Source: Eledone cirrhosa (Eukaryota). From it: a DNA stretch of 64,000 nt. The stretch spans positions 33,728,001 to 33,792,000 of the forward strand of contig OZ024743.1 of assembly GCA_964016885.1 (NCBI GenBank). The letters are read 5' to 3'. Under the pieces are notes generated by a model. That model made no database searches. It saw only the letters and a program-made list of their open reading frames with translations, and was not told where the DNA came from. The position numbers and the translations under genes were made by a program. Numbering within the stretch: position 1 is the first letter of the stretch; each line of letters starts with the position of its first letter. Below are positions 40,233 through 53,556 of this stretch, piece after piece.

Positions 40233-40879
40233 GTAATGGATAATTAAATTTATATTAGTAACATAGGATACAGTGATGTTGTGCTTTTAATATTTTCTTT
40301 CTTTCCTAATATATATTTTTGCATGTTGTAAAATATTTAATCTTTTAATAGTTTCTGTTTATTTTGCATATAACAGTTTTTTGTGTGTGTTTCTATTTTT
40401 TAGTTTAGGAAAAATGGATTTTACCCAATAAACTACACTGTTCTGAACATGTAGTAAGTTTGAGATGATTCTGAAACTATATAATTTAAAAATAGAGAAT
40501 GTAAAATATAGTAAAATAGTTATACATCTGAACATCAACACATTCCTCTTTAGAACCCTCTCTGTTTTTAATCGGGTAATTGGTTGCAGCTCCAGCAAGT
40601 CTATACTCACTCTCTTTCAGAGCAAATGTGCTTTGCTTCTGACACATTTAAGATAGCTAAACAAAAACTGAAACTGTACTCTTATCTATGTACTGCCAAA
40701 TCTCCCAGACAACCACAAGTACCCTAATACACTCAAGTAATTCACTCACAGAAATATTACAAATTGTACAAGTGAAAAACATATAGAAAATGTCACCTAC
40801 TATCATTGAGTAAATGCTTAGAGAACTAAGGGTTACCTTCATTCATTGCATGGTATACAAGCCCTCCCACCTCACAAAT

Positions 40880-41830
40880 TGTTTGGGGTTTATTCGTCCC
40901 TTATAACAAATATCTGAAATAAATTTACAGAATCTTCTTCACCACTCCTCAATCGAGGTGGTCCTTTATGTAGCATTTTGACAGATAAAGCTACTGTATT
41001 TACTGTATGTTTTGTTTCAAATTTTAGAATGGATACACATAAAAGCATTCTAAAATTCTCTATCTCTTCCTCTTACCTTAACAACTAGTTGCCAAGTATA
41101 AAACTTCTCCAATCTAGCAATGTTTCCAATTCTGACCCCAGTGCTATCTCCTATACTCACCCCAAAATGGAGACTTTATGTATCTCTCTCTTTCTCAACT
41201 TATAAAAGCATGTGACAGTATCCCATTCCTTTCTGACTCTACCAACTATCATTCTACAACCCACAGTCGTAACATCACTTTGTTTCTTAGCTTTTGAGTA
41301 ACTACCAGTAGTTAAGAGTAAGTCTACTGAAGATTTGCTCTCCTATAACATACACCAGTACTATTTTGTTAATAACAACTTTGAAAAGAGCGGTACCATT
41401 GTCCTTGGCATTAACAAAGCCCTCAGCCTAGTCTGGAATAAAAACTTAGCATAGCTACTCACTACTGGTCTTATCTATCTGATAAATTGGAAGTTTCTTG
41501 TCAGATCACTCAATTGAAGCATGCTCAAATGTAGTTCTCTTCAACCCAACATCTACTCTAGTATACTCTGATATTCTTCCCCTTATACATTAATAGCCTA
41601 CTAGCATTTACCTCCTAGCTGATATACCTCTACAAAGATTGACCATTCTTTACTTCTCCTTAACCCTCCACACACGGGTTTCATCCATACACACAGATTT
41701 ACATTTTTTTTTCATCTTCCAATTACCTACAACTTCTTATACATCTGAGACAGTCCTACCTAAATATCCTAGACTGCATCAAAAATGGCTATCCATCTGT
41801 TTGGCAAAGCTTCACCCACCAACATGCTTT
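40880..41830 (+). mobile_element. Heavily decayed Jockey/CR1-like LINE RT relic
   Basis: IVLGINKALSLVWNKNL at about 41398-41448 (compare ALDISKAFDRVWH) and a degenerate F.LYIN.L at about 41575-41600. Boundaries approximate. Confidence 0.45.
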
Positions 41831-41852
41831 AACCACTTGATTCTTTTATTAT

Positions 41853-42059
41853 TAGGTGGACTGGCAGTATCGGTAGAGGGTCGGACGCCATGCTTTGACG
41901 CATAGAGTTACGACCCCTACCATTCTAAGTTCAAATCTCGCCGAGGTTAACTTTGCCTTTCATCCTTACGGGGTCAATAAAATAAAGTACCAGTAATGCA
42001 CTGGGATAATTGCTGGCCTTGTGCCAAAAGTAGAAACAATTATTATTATTATTATTATT
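41853..42059 (+). mobile_element. tRNA-derived SINE family 1 with (ATT)n tail
   Basis: Full-length consensus match. The tail abuts the 3' end of the Dong element. Confidence 0.9.
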
Positions 42060-43490
42060 GTTCTTTGAGTCTCAGTCATTGATGTTAGTTAACTGGAAAG
42101 TTTGTTGAAATGAATATCAAGCCACTACCTGCAGCCTCAGATATTCAGGACGTATCGGAGGGTTCTTGGTGTTCCCAGCAAGCATGCCTTTTGAAGCGTT
42201 CCAAAAAGCGTGGCGGGGCCAATTTTCTTTAACCATCCCTGGAAACTTTTTGAGATAGTACCTAGTGCGCCTATGACAATCGGGACCACTTTGACTTCAT
42301 GGCAGTTCCAAATCCTTTTTACCTCCCACTTTAAGTCCTGGTATCAGTTAATTTTCTCCCTCTCCTTCTCTTGCACTCTCGTGTCGAATGGGCAGGCCAC
42401 ATCCACAATCAGGCACAATCTTTTTTCTTTGTCCAAAACCACCAGGTCAGGTCTATTGTGTTCTAGTTTCTTGTCCGTCTGTATCCTAAAATCCCACAGC
42501 ACCTTCACCTGATCGTTTTCTATCACCGACTCTGGCTTATGCTCATACCACTTCTCAGAGTGTGGTAAATTGTTTACTTTGCATAGGTGCCAGTGGATCA
42601 CCCTGCCCATCACATCATGTCTCCAGCCCTTATAGTGAGTCTGGGCTAGGTGTTTACACTCGGATACAATGTGAGCCACAGTCTCCTCTCTCTCTCCACA
42701 GATCCTCCACAGTGGGCTAGCCTCCTCCTTGTAAATATGGTGTTTCAACCACTTCGTTTTGAGGGCCTGCTCTTGCGCAACCATCAACATTCCTTCTGTA
42801 GCCTTTTTAAGGTCTCCTCTTTTCAACCAGTTCCATGTCTGTGGATCTCTGAATTCAGTTTTCTCAAAGAAGGTACTATGAAGGGATTTTTCATGAAGGC
42901 TGCTCTTTCTCCTTGTTGTCATTTCCTCCTTGGACATCCCCTGGTCTATTGTCCTCTCCTTCAGTACAGTTCTGAGCATTGGCTCCTTACTATCAGTCAC
43001 ATATTTGTGTAGGTTGTTTTTCTCCATCTGAACACAGTCCTCTATGCTGATAAGACCTCTTCCACCTCCAGATCTCCTTAAGTAGAGTCTATCGACATCA
43101 CTCCTCTTGTGGAACATGTTGTAGATAGTCAATAGCTTCCTAGTCTTCCTATCCATTTCTTTTTGTTCAGCAACATTCCATCTCAGAATTCCCGCACTGT
43201 ACCTAATAATAGACATAGCTCGAGAATTTACTGCACTTATGGCATTCCTACTGTTCAGATGTGACTTTAATACGCTCCTTACTCTCCGAATGTATTCAGA
43301 TCTTATCAATTCCTTCATTTTTTTGTTCTTGATGTCATCAGCCTCCAGAACACCCAAATACTTGTATCCTTCTTCAGTGTCAATTTCCTTTATCATCTCA
43401 CCTGTTGGTACCTGGATTCCGTTGTTTCTGCTCAATTTACCCCTCTTCATCACAAGGACTCCACACTTACTAATACCAAATTGCATACAT
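42060..43490 (-). mobile_element. 5'-truncated R4/Dong-clade non-LTR retrotransposon (RT C-terminus, CCHC knuckle, restriction-like endonuclease), inactivated
   Basis: ORF 43486-42344 has YKYLG, RLYLRRSGGGRGL, a CCHC-like WRICGEREETVAHIVSEC (first Cys replaced by Trp), RHD and RPDLVV..D. It continues in frame past a premature TGA to a stop at 42137-42139 (YQDLKWEVKRIW...VVPIVIGALG...LQKACLLGT). Both ends abut (TAA)n/(ATT)n tracts. Confidence 0.92.
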
Positions 43491-43500
43491 ATATCATTGC

Positions 43501-43532
<32 letters not shown>

Positions 43533-44205
43533 TACTACAAAGTCCTTTACAAAGTTCTTTACACAAGCAATCAGTATGCTAGTCTCATTCAAAACACCTA
43601 CTGGTTTTTCACTTGTCATGCTCATTGTCCCATCTTACAAGACCTATATTAAATACTTTTCCCAGATTTCTTTACTAATCCCCCCGGAATTCAATCCTAA
43701 CTCAATCTATATCAGTTCAAGATGAACATTAATTACATCAATCACACCTGTCTAAGAAGACCTAAAGATGCCAATGAGATGAACATCCCACAGAAATGTT
43801 CTTTAATTACTTTCATTACTTTTATTCTCAAGGTACTTCCCTACTTTTCATTAGTCTTCAACTATGCGATCAATAATCTCAATATTTTTAAAGGAACAAT
43901 TCACTTACATTTTTAAAGAGTTTCTTCTAAAATTTCCTTTACAGATGACAGCTAACTTGAAGAAAAAATGGTACAGCTTCAATCCTAAAAGGCTGATGTC
44001 ACACAGTGTCAGTAACTATTCCAATATTTTAGATTTGCTATCAGAGCAAATATTGCTTTTACTAATGATACTTCTTCTGGTATTTCCTACTATTTTGGTA
44101 CATAGTTAAGATATAATTGAACATAATTTCTTTAAAACAAATGTGTGTATATATATATAATCACACACACATAGACCTATATACACACACACACACACAG
44201 ACATA

Positions 44206-44432
44206 TATGTATAATCATTTACAACAATGATATATGCAGGCACTTAAGTTTCTTTGGGTTGTTACTCCAACTCATTCAGTCTGCCATATTGTAATGGAGT
44301 ACCTATGGCAGACTGAATGAGCTGGGGTAACAACCCAACAAAACTTAAGTACTTGCATATTGGTGTATGTTGTAACTGATTATACATACCTTATCACACA
44401 GGCTGTGTAGTGGATACTTACACCAAGTTTAT

Positions 44433-44440
<8 letters not shown>
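44206..44440. mobile_element. Head-to-head inverted repeat with degenerate hammerhead; putative Penelope-like pLTR relic (family H2)
   Basis: ~83-bp imperfect arms at 44206-44288 and 44304-44388 with a 15-nt spacer. Arm consensus is GCAGA-CUGAAUGA-GUUGGG..CCCAAC-GAAAC-UUAA-GUA-CCUGC. Flanked by (CA)n and (TA)n. Confidence 0.55.
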
Positions 44441-44501
<61 letters not shown>

Positions 44502-45786
44502 TATATATATATATAATGTGTGTGTGTGATATGTGTTTTTAGGCCATCTTCTCTGCTAAATCAAGGGTTAGCTTTGCAGATCCCATGATATTATCACGGA
44601 AACCTTTTAATATAATCTTTTATATGTGGACACTCTTCCTGGTGCCAAACCTTTTATCTGCTTTTTACAACATGCAGGCATATGCTATACTATTGTAAAC
44701 CAGATAAATACACTGTATGTGTGTGTATTAATATTCAATTTTCAACAGAAAAAAATCAATCAAAATACTTAATGAATATGAATCTAAGCTTTTAGTACAT
44801 AATGGTTAAATAATTGACCTTTTATAGTCTAGGCAAAATTCTCTAGATATTAGATTTATTGATGGATATTCTAAAGTTGAACAGCAAATATGTTTACATA
44901 CATGTTTATGTATGTACTAGTGCATACATGAAGAGAATGCAAAAGGGAATTCAAGCCTCAAACGAACCTCTATGTGACTGCTCTGTCATCCAGAAATAGC
45001 AGCACAATCTCACTAAAATCACATACTGCCCTCTTAAATAAATATTGGAAAGATAGGATTAGCACTTGTTGCTAAACAACAGTCAATAAACCACTGCTAC
45101 CATCAACTCCATACTACAGAACAATGAAGCAAATAGAAACCCCCATTTGCAGATAGCATCACAGTCATATCTTCCTGTAACTTTTCATACTCGGATACAA
45201 AAGTATTCCAACTAATCTCCCTAGAAAAGGAATGATCTGATAGTTAGGATTGGAATGATTTAGATCATAGGTCTGTTCTATTAGGGTCACTTTATGTCTT
45301 AAGAGCAACAATCATTTTTGCAGGGGGTACATAATCAACATCAGCATTTTACATTAGTTTTCCATGCTGGCATGAGTTAGAGTTGTTGGGGGAGCGACAT
45401 CTTACTCAATATGGTCCTTTTTGATATGGGATATGGTTTCTGTGGCTGAATGCCCTTCCACCTGCCAACCACTTTACAGGGTTACTGGTTGCATTTTATT
45501 ATAGCACCAGCACTTGAGCGGTTAGCATGTTCTTGGTGTGGCTGAAAAAAAATTGTTTTAAACTCTTTTGGCATGGTTTCTACATGTAAATTAACCCTCC
45601 TAATACCAATCAATTTAGAGTGTACTGTGTGTATTTTATAATGGAAACAGCTCTAGAAAGTTTCATCATATCCTTAACATGACTGAAGAGCCCTCACAAC
45701 TATTTTGGCATGATCTTTACAACTGAATTATTTTCTTAATGCCAATTACTTTATAGAATGTAACAAATAAGTGTTAATTACATTAA

Positions 45787-45983
45787 CCCTTTAATGTTCA
45801 AACCGGCCAGGATTCTTTACCTTTTTCTGTTGAAACTGGCTGTAACTGGTCACTCAAACTGATGTTAAGGTATTGTTCTCAAAATAAATACTTTCAAAAT
45901 CTCATAGATTCGATATTATGTGAGATAAAGCATTTATCATGAAAATATAATAGTAAATATAGAGTAATGTAAATGCTAAAGGG
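45787..45983 (-). mobile_element. piggyBac-type MITE family A
   Basis: TTAA|CCCTTTAA...TAAATGCTAAAGGG|TTAA. Confidence 0.85.
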
Positions 45984-46699
45984 TTAAGGCTTTAACAAGC
46001 ATTTTGAAGTATTCTAGCTTCTTACAATTTCATCTCTCTTTGTATTCTCTTTATATCTACTAAAAAGTTATTTAAATGTTAGCTTTTATTTTCAAGATAT
46101 TTGACATCAATCAAGTAAGATTTCATAAAAATATAAGGATTTTTTTTATGGATATGTAAATCAAGTGTTTACATGTCTCCAATTCCAGTAAATGGAAACT
46201 AAAAGAAATTAAAATAATTTTAGTATTCCTCACTAAATCTTAGGTAATAATCATATCTAAATATTAATGTAAAATGAGTAAATACAACAGAATATTCTGA
46301 AATAATATAACTAGATTTGGGATATTTTTTACATAATCAAGGATAGTGATGTTAAAAATAGTTCTAAATGTTAGGATTATAGATTCATTCTTGTTAAACA
46401 TCTACATTTGAATAATATATTTACATAAACTATTTCATAAGCTGACTACTTCCAATAATTTTTACATTTTTCTTAAGGCAATCTATACCTTCTGTAAATT
46501 ATATATTTAATATGTAACTACATAATAATTATTTGAAGCCTTTAGTATGATCAGGTCCATGGTAGTGGTGGTGATGGTGGTGGTGCTATTCAGAAATATA
46601 GACACACTATATTACTTGATTTATTTCATCTTTTTTGCCTTTATTTAATTTGGACATTTCTTTTGCTTACCTATTGTTTTTATTCTCTCTCTCACTCAC

Positions 46700-46797
<98 letters not shown>

Positions 46798-46828
46798 CAT
46801 ACTTACATGTTTACGTTTATAATTTGCT

Positions 46829-46868
<40 letters not shown>

Positions 46869-47389
46869 GTATATATAATATGTATATTGTATTATATTAT
46901 ATATAATATACTATAATACAATATATATCTATATACATAATTTTATTTTCTGTATCCTATTTTGCTTTATAATACAATGTGTATGCATGACTTTGTCTAT
47001 AATATTCATTTATTTTTACTCTTGATTTATTATTAATTTAATTATTATTTACTGATATATATTTAAATGGATTATAATTTAATAATAATTTTAACCTCCA
47101 CAGCAACATAAAACATGAAATTTATAATTCTATTTGGCATCTTACTAAACAAAATGTATTGTTTCACTGTATTATAAAACAGTTCCAACCTGAAAGAACT
47201 GGATCTGATACCTTGCTGTCTTTGGAATAAATATTAAACAGTTTGGAGAAAGTGAAATTAAATGAAACATTGATTTAGTTTTTTAATGATTTTTTTTTTT
47301 TCAAAATTGTTTGTACATTTTTACAAATTTACTTTGGTACCTTAGGTGTGACAATTCCATCTTACCTTTCATGAAGAATTTCCTTGAGG

Positions 47390-47420
<31 letters not shown>

Positions 47421-47473
47421 GGCCTTTCCTGATGATTTCCTTCGAATGAAACGGATCTAGTCCTGTAGAAGCC
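47421..47473 (+). ncRNA. Type I hammerhead ribozyme
   Basis: GGC(CU)UUC-CUGAUGA-UUUC CUUC GAAU-GAA-ACGG AUCUAGUC CUGU-A/GAAGCC. Core is intact with a GUA triplet, and stem I has a 2-nt bulge. Homologous to 61400-61450 and 61475-61590. Confidence 0.7.
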
Positions 47474-47548
47474 ATTTCTATATTAAACATTTATACTCTG
47501 CTTTTTATTGAGTACCTTACTTACTCTGGTTACCCCCTGATTGAATCT

Positions 47549-47550
<2 letters not shown>
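47421..47550 (+). mobile_element. Solo copy of hammerhead-bearing repeat family H3
   Basis: ~115 bp alignable by eye to 61477-61590. Lies between a (TA)n and a (CA)n tract. Confidence 0.65.
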
Positions 47551-47635
<85 letters not shown>

Positions 47636-49980
47636 TGGTGAAAGTAATAGCTTTATTTTGAAACAGAAGTAAAGTAACTAGCTGTTTGATCACATGACTA
47701 TCTGCCTATTGTATATTATAATGTAAATGGTTAAGTATTTCACTTGAGAGAAACTTGTACCCTTTACATAACCTACCTAGAAGAAACATCAGCATAAGAC
47801 TAAGTGACAAAGCTGACTTCTTGAATTATAGACTTCTACAATATTCTAGCCTACCCAACTTTATTCACAAGCCTTGGGCCATCCCAAGGCTATAGTAGAA
47901 AACACTTTCCCAATATGTTGAATAGTAGTATCTAATCTGGAAACCTGTGATGCAAAAGGAATGCTTCATGCATTGTACAGTTCACAATGCAGTCATTTTA
48001 ATTTAAAATATGTTAAAAATTCAGTTTAATTTATCACTCCATGTGCTGTATTTGTACAAGATACATAATACGTACTTTAGACCTTAATAATTGAAATAAG
48101 ACCACTACGCTGTAATTAATATTTAGCAATTATCAACTCAGCAAACAACCTTTCTTTAAATCCTTCAACACAATACTAAATGACTGTCATGTTTTTGTTT
48201 TTATCACTTAATCCAGGAGAAGGGTAATACCATTGACCCTTCTCATGAGCTTTTAAGACTCGTATGAGTAAGGGAGTAAGATAACCTCTAACTGGAGACT
48301 TGGTCCAAATACTTACAACAGAGTGAATTTCATAAAAGACATGCATGCATCAAATAGTGGCATTAAACTGGCAACCAATTAACAATGTAGGCTACAGTAA
48401 TATTTAAACTTTGAAGGCAAATAGCTGAAATAGATACTGCAATGGTATCCCATCCAATGTTCTACAGATTCCACTCTAGCCTGGTACTTTATCAACCCCA
48501 AAAGGATGAAGGGCAAAAGTAACCTCATCAGGATTTGAACTCAGACTGCAAGGAGCCAAAATCATTATTGCAAAGTGATTTTGTCTGATATCTTAAGACT
48601 TCTGCTAATTTGCTGCTTACCCGAGCATAATCATGTGTACTTCATTTGAGAAAAAAAAAAAAAAGATTGGTGGGGGTAGTTACAAAGTATAATTAATGTG
48701 TCTATTAAACTGCATAGCAAGAACAAAATAAAAAGCTAACAGAATAAAGTAAATAAATCCAACTAGAAATCACAGATTTAAGAAATTTATTAAAATATTA
48801 CAGTAACTGAATTGTCTACAACTGTTTTTATGCATATAATAAGCTTGCTGAAGAGATGATGTAATGTTACAGATCATATTGCAGGAGAGATTTTCTTTTA
48901 TATTTCCAAAACTTCTCTTCAAAATGAAGTGAAGAATAATACAACCTTTAATGACTCTTTAGTTCATCAGTTGTCTTTAAACGTTATCAGACATCAATAA
49001 AATCAGCTAGAATCACTTTTTTAAATATCTAATTTGCTTTAGCCACTAACGAATATTATTCTCATTCTAATATAAAAATATAGAGTTTTAATAGGAGGCT
49101 CCCTTTGGTCATGACTAACTATGGATATGCACTGCCTGGTCTTGGAATCAAACTCTCGATCTTATAATTGTGAGGCCAACACACTAACCACTAAGAGGCA
49201 TAACTTGGGTATGGCAAGCATGGTATATGCCATGAGCACCACTTGGACTAGGATCACTTTCTATTAAAGCCAGATAACTTTCTTTGATTATCATGTGTGA
49301 GAGGCACGATGGTGGCTGGATCATCATCATCATCATCTTCGTTTAACGTCCATCTTCCACGCTAGCATAGGTAAACCATTTATATAAATTATTAGGCCCA
49401 TACAGTGCTGGAAACTACATGACCACATATGCATACCTCATTGTATGAGATCAAATATTTTAATAGGGTCATCATCATCATTTTATGTCCGCTTTTCCCT
49501 GCTTGCAAGGGTGGGACAATATTTGTCAAAAATCAATATTACAAAGATCACTCCCTTTAAAAACCCTAACACTTTTGAAAATACTTCATGTATACTTAGG
49601 TGTAAAGGATACCTGTAGAACAAATGAAAATGCAGTTTATTACCTTAAACATTCATTTATTTAAACAGTGGTCGCAGTCCTATGGTCTAACAATTACTAT
49701 ATAGCTTGATGCATTGCAGGGGCACAATTTCACTGCTTGCCATATGTGCTATTTTCCCTGGTTACGCCTCTGAGACCTTCAAGGATTTAATAAATACATG
49801 CAAAAACAAAGAAAATTCACCAGCCTGTATATTTCATCAATCGGGATTGAATTGCAGTAAAGTGCTTTCCATAATGATATTTCATATTTAAGGAAATATT
49901 AAACCCTCAAACAAGTTATGAAAATAAATTCTGAAATTATAATTATTAATATTCAATATAACCCATGTGTATGTATGTAT

Positions 49981-50019
<39 letters not shown>

Positions 50020-53000
50020 CATATGCATAATTACATTTATGTATCTGCTATGCTAGAGCAAGAAATAAAATTCTAGATTTTAGATAGTTTTATATAAAAC
50101 TGAAAATTCTGTTTGTAAAGTTCTTCAATAGCTATAAAGTTATTTTTCTGATAAATCGTTCTTTGAAAGAACAAAAGGAAGTTGTAATTTTCTATACTTT
50201 TTAGTTTGCTACATTATTTCCACAGATATTGAAATACACTGCAATTAAAATGAATGCTACTATGAATGGTATGATTTCATTTGATTTCCTGTAGACGTTT
50301 CTCACTCAGTTGCTATTAAAATCACTGTTATCAATATGATTTTTGTTAGTTTGGTAGTAACAATAATTAGAATTTGATAAATAATAAAATTGTAAATTTT
50401 GAAAGAAATAGTCTATTATACTGCTATTAATTAGAAATTAACCATAGATCAATTAAATCAAACAATTTTGGCAATTTTCTCTTGTCATGCTGAAAGGAAG
50501 TTGTCAATCAGATGTATAATCACAACAATTTATTTGAGAGGAAGATAAATACATAGATAATTAATACATACATTTCTGATACGATTTCTACTTGGAGATA
50601 GTGTCATGACATCTAATTTAACTAAATGCTCTTTTCTGTAGCAGTTACAATTTACCACAAAATATGTTCAGATGATTTTATAGTGAGATTGAACTTTGAG
50701 TATGAAGCTTCATGTTTTCATTATCCTATTTCTAATGAAAGCTACTGACTATAATTTTCATATCAAGAATCTTGTTGGATTTAGTAAAATAAGTAACACA
50801 TTTTTCTAACATAAAATTATGATGCAAGATTTAAATTTAAGTATGAACACTTTAAAACAAATGGCTTGGTATCATAGAACCTGGTGCAGTTTAAGATATT
50901 TGGTATCAGAAGGGTTAAATGAAATCACCCCTCTAATATATTTCAAATGAACAAATAAGGAATCAAACGTAAATATACTTTTGACCTGAATGTCCTACTC
51001 TTAGAATCCAACAGCTCAGTCATGTTCAATGCTGCTGAGCAGAGAGTGTAGTTTTAAGACTAGAAATTATAAAGCTCTTGTTAGTATGGAAAAAGACATG
51101 TATAATGAAGATAAAGAAAATGGAAACCTGAGTATTATATAAATATATGGTTGATTGAAGTTACCCTGTGTATATATTATCCATCCCAGAGTACCTAAAT
51201 GATATAGAGTAAGCCAAGTGTCAAAGATTTAAGCTTTTAATTTTGAAACAAACTTTGAAATAAATCATAATCTTTGTATTTTTTCAATGCATTAAAATTG
51301 AGAAATATTCTGTTTAGAAATTCTCTGTGCAAATATTTAAGAAAATTTCTCAAGAATATATGAGAAATATCAGCCTGATTTATGATAGCCTGGTGAGAGC
51401 AGCTTGAAGAATACTGATATACTAGTAAAATGTTGATTGATTTTGTATTGATATACAATGTGATGAAATAAAAGGAAGACATTAAATGCATCCATTTTAT
51501 TACACAAAGGATCAATTTACATTGTAGCATTTGCTAACCATATTTGCTTAACTAAAGATCTCCCTGACTAGATACAATTAAAAGCACAACTGATAATAAA
51601 GGTTTAAGCTATTTTGTAAAACCTTTCAGAATACTAACCAGAAACTAATTACAATATTAAATCTTCTCTGTCATACCAGACAATATCAAATTTGCTAATC
51701 AAATCAAAGGTTCAACAATGTGACATAATCTGCTAATATCAGATTAACTGATCAAATTTAGACGTTAAATATATAATTTATGTTAGAGAGTATAATACAT
51801 CTCTCTTTACAATAAACAGTAAGAAAAGAATTTATGGCCTGTGTTTCTTAGTTTAAATTCTTTTACATTTGATATTGTAAGTGTTATTATATAATATTAT
51901 CTCACAAATCAGGCTATCTTTAATATTTAACCCCATATATGCTACAGAATTTCTGATTAACTTGGCTATCTCACACCATTTTATCTTGGGTTAAATATAT
52001 AATGTTCAATATCAATAAAGTGTATTAGGCAAATGGCATTTTGATTAATTGCAATACTACTGCATATTCTTTATATAACTAACAGAAGCACTGCATAAAT
52101 ATGTATATGGCAGTCTACTTCTATACAAAAACTGTATCAGCTAGAACATTTTAAATAGACACTTTTGGGGCCAAAGTAGCCAATTCTGTTGAATGTACCC
52201 TTTACAGTGTGGTTGAACTGCAAAATTTCAGCAAGTTTGTTGCTTATGCCCAAAATACTGGTCACAAACATAGGTATGAGGCTAGGAAATTTGCTTAATA
52301 AACTCTTGGCTACAGGTTCAATTCTGCAAAACAGCACCTTATGAATGAAATTTGCTAAATGGGAACATATGTCTTAGATAGACAGTGATAATGTGTACTA
52401 GACTAACAAATGTAGCCGATATATTTAGCTACAATCCTGGAAGTCTGTGTCCCAACATGGAAAAGAATAGATTAATAGTAACATCGTGATAAATTTTAGT
52501 TATAAAAATTTATAAACATGGTGCATTTTTGATAATTTTGTTGTTTACATTTATTGAATGACACCAGATGCTATAATGCTGTGTTTTAAACCTGTGGCTT
52601 GTTGAAATTAACTCTCAAGTCTTTACACCAAAAATAATTGCTATTTCCTGCAGTTTATGAGAGCTACAGATGTCATGTCAACAGACAATCAACTAGGTTA
52701 TCATTAATAGATCCTGGTACTATGCTGGGAGAGACTACATAATTGTTGATGACACTGTCCACCTAGCTCTACATAGCACAGTTGATAGTATTAACAGATT
52801 CAGCAGTAATATTGATCACGATTTTGTTAGATTTTGTAGTGACAACTTGAATTGGCAGTTATTACAGCCTCAGATAGATTGTGTTGTCATATCCATTCTG
52901 GCTATTTGAACTCTGAGTTCAAATCTTGCTGAGGTTATCTTTGCTTTTCATTCTTTCAAGGTTGATAAATAGAGTGCCAGTATAGCATTGGGTTGATTCT

Positions 53001-53335
53001 TCCTCTATATCTCTTTCTTTCTCCTACTTTCCTTTTTTCTTTTTCTAGAAGAAATCAGCTGGGTTTAAATATTTAATTTCACAGGGTTGCCCCTAGATAT
53101 AATTTCTTTAGAGGTTTCATTCATACTAAAATGATCAAATTAGAAAATGTGATGTCCTCATGTCAGACACTTTTTGAAATAAAAGAAACTTAGTCTTTGT
53201 TGTAGCATCTATGATGTATTTAATTTGATATTTAAACTAAAAATATTTTTACTTTCAGAGGTAATAATTCCATTTTACTTTGAGTTTAAATGATTTTACT
53301 TTAACCCATTGTTTAGTCTTCTTGTAAAATGTTAA

Positions 53336-53556
53336 CCCTTTAGTATTTAAACTGGCTGTATCCAGCCAGAATTCTCTCACCTCTTTCTGTTAAAACTGGC
53401 TGTAATTGGCTGCTCATACTGATGATAAAGTATTGTTCTCAAAATAAATAACTTCAAAATCTCATAGATCCAATATTATGTGAGATAATTATGTAAGATA
53501 AAGCCTTTACCATGAAAATGTAATAGTAAATATAGAGTAATGTAAATGCTAAAGAG
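53336..53556 (-). mobile_element. piggyBac-type MITE family A
   Basis: TTAA|CCCTTTAGTATTTA...TAAATGCTAAAGAG|TTAG. Confidence 0.85.

Noticed and set aside
42210-43652. Plus-strand ORFs of 100, 120 and 137 aa
   Set aside because: Antisense shadows of the Dong/R4 ORF.
52654-52696. Possible next sif exon after ctatttcctgcag (FMRATDVMSTDNQL)
   Set aside because: The acceptor looks plausible, but the peptide does not resemble the RBD continuation and the donor is weak. No downstream sif exon was identified in 40233-64000.
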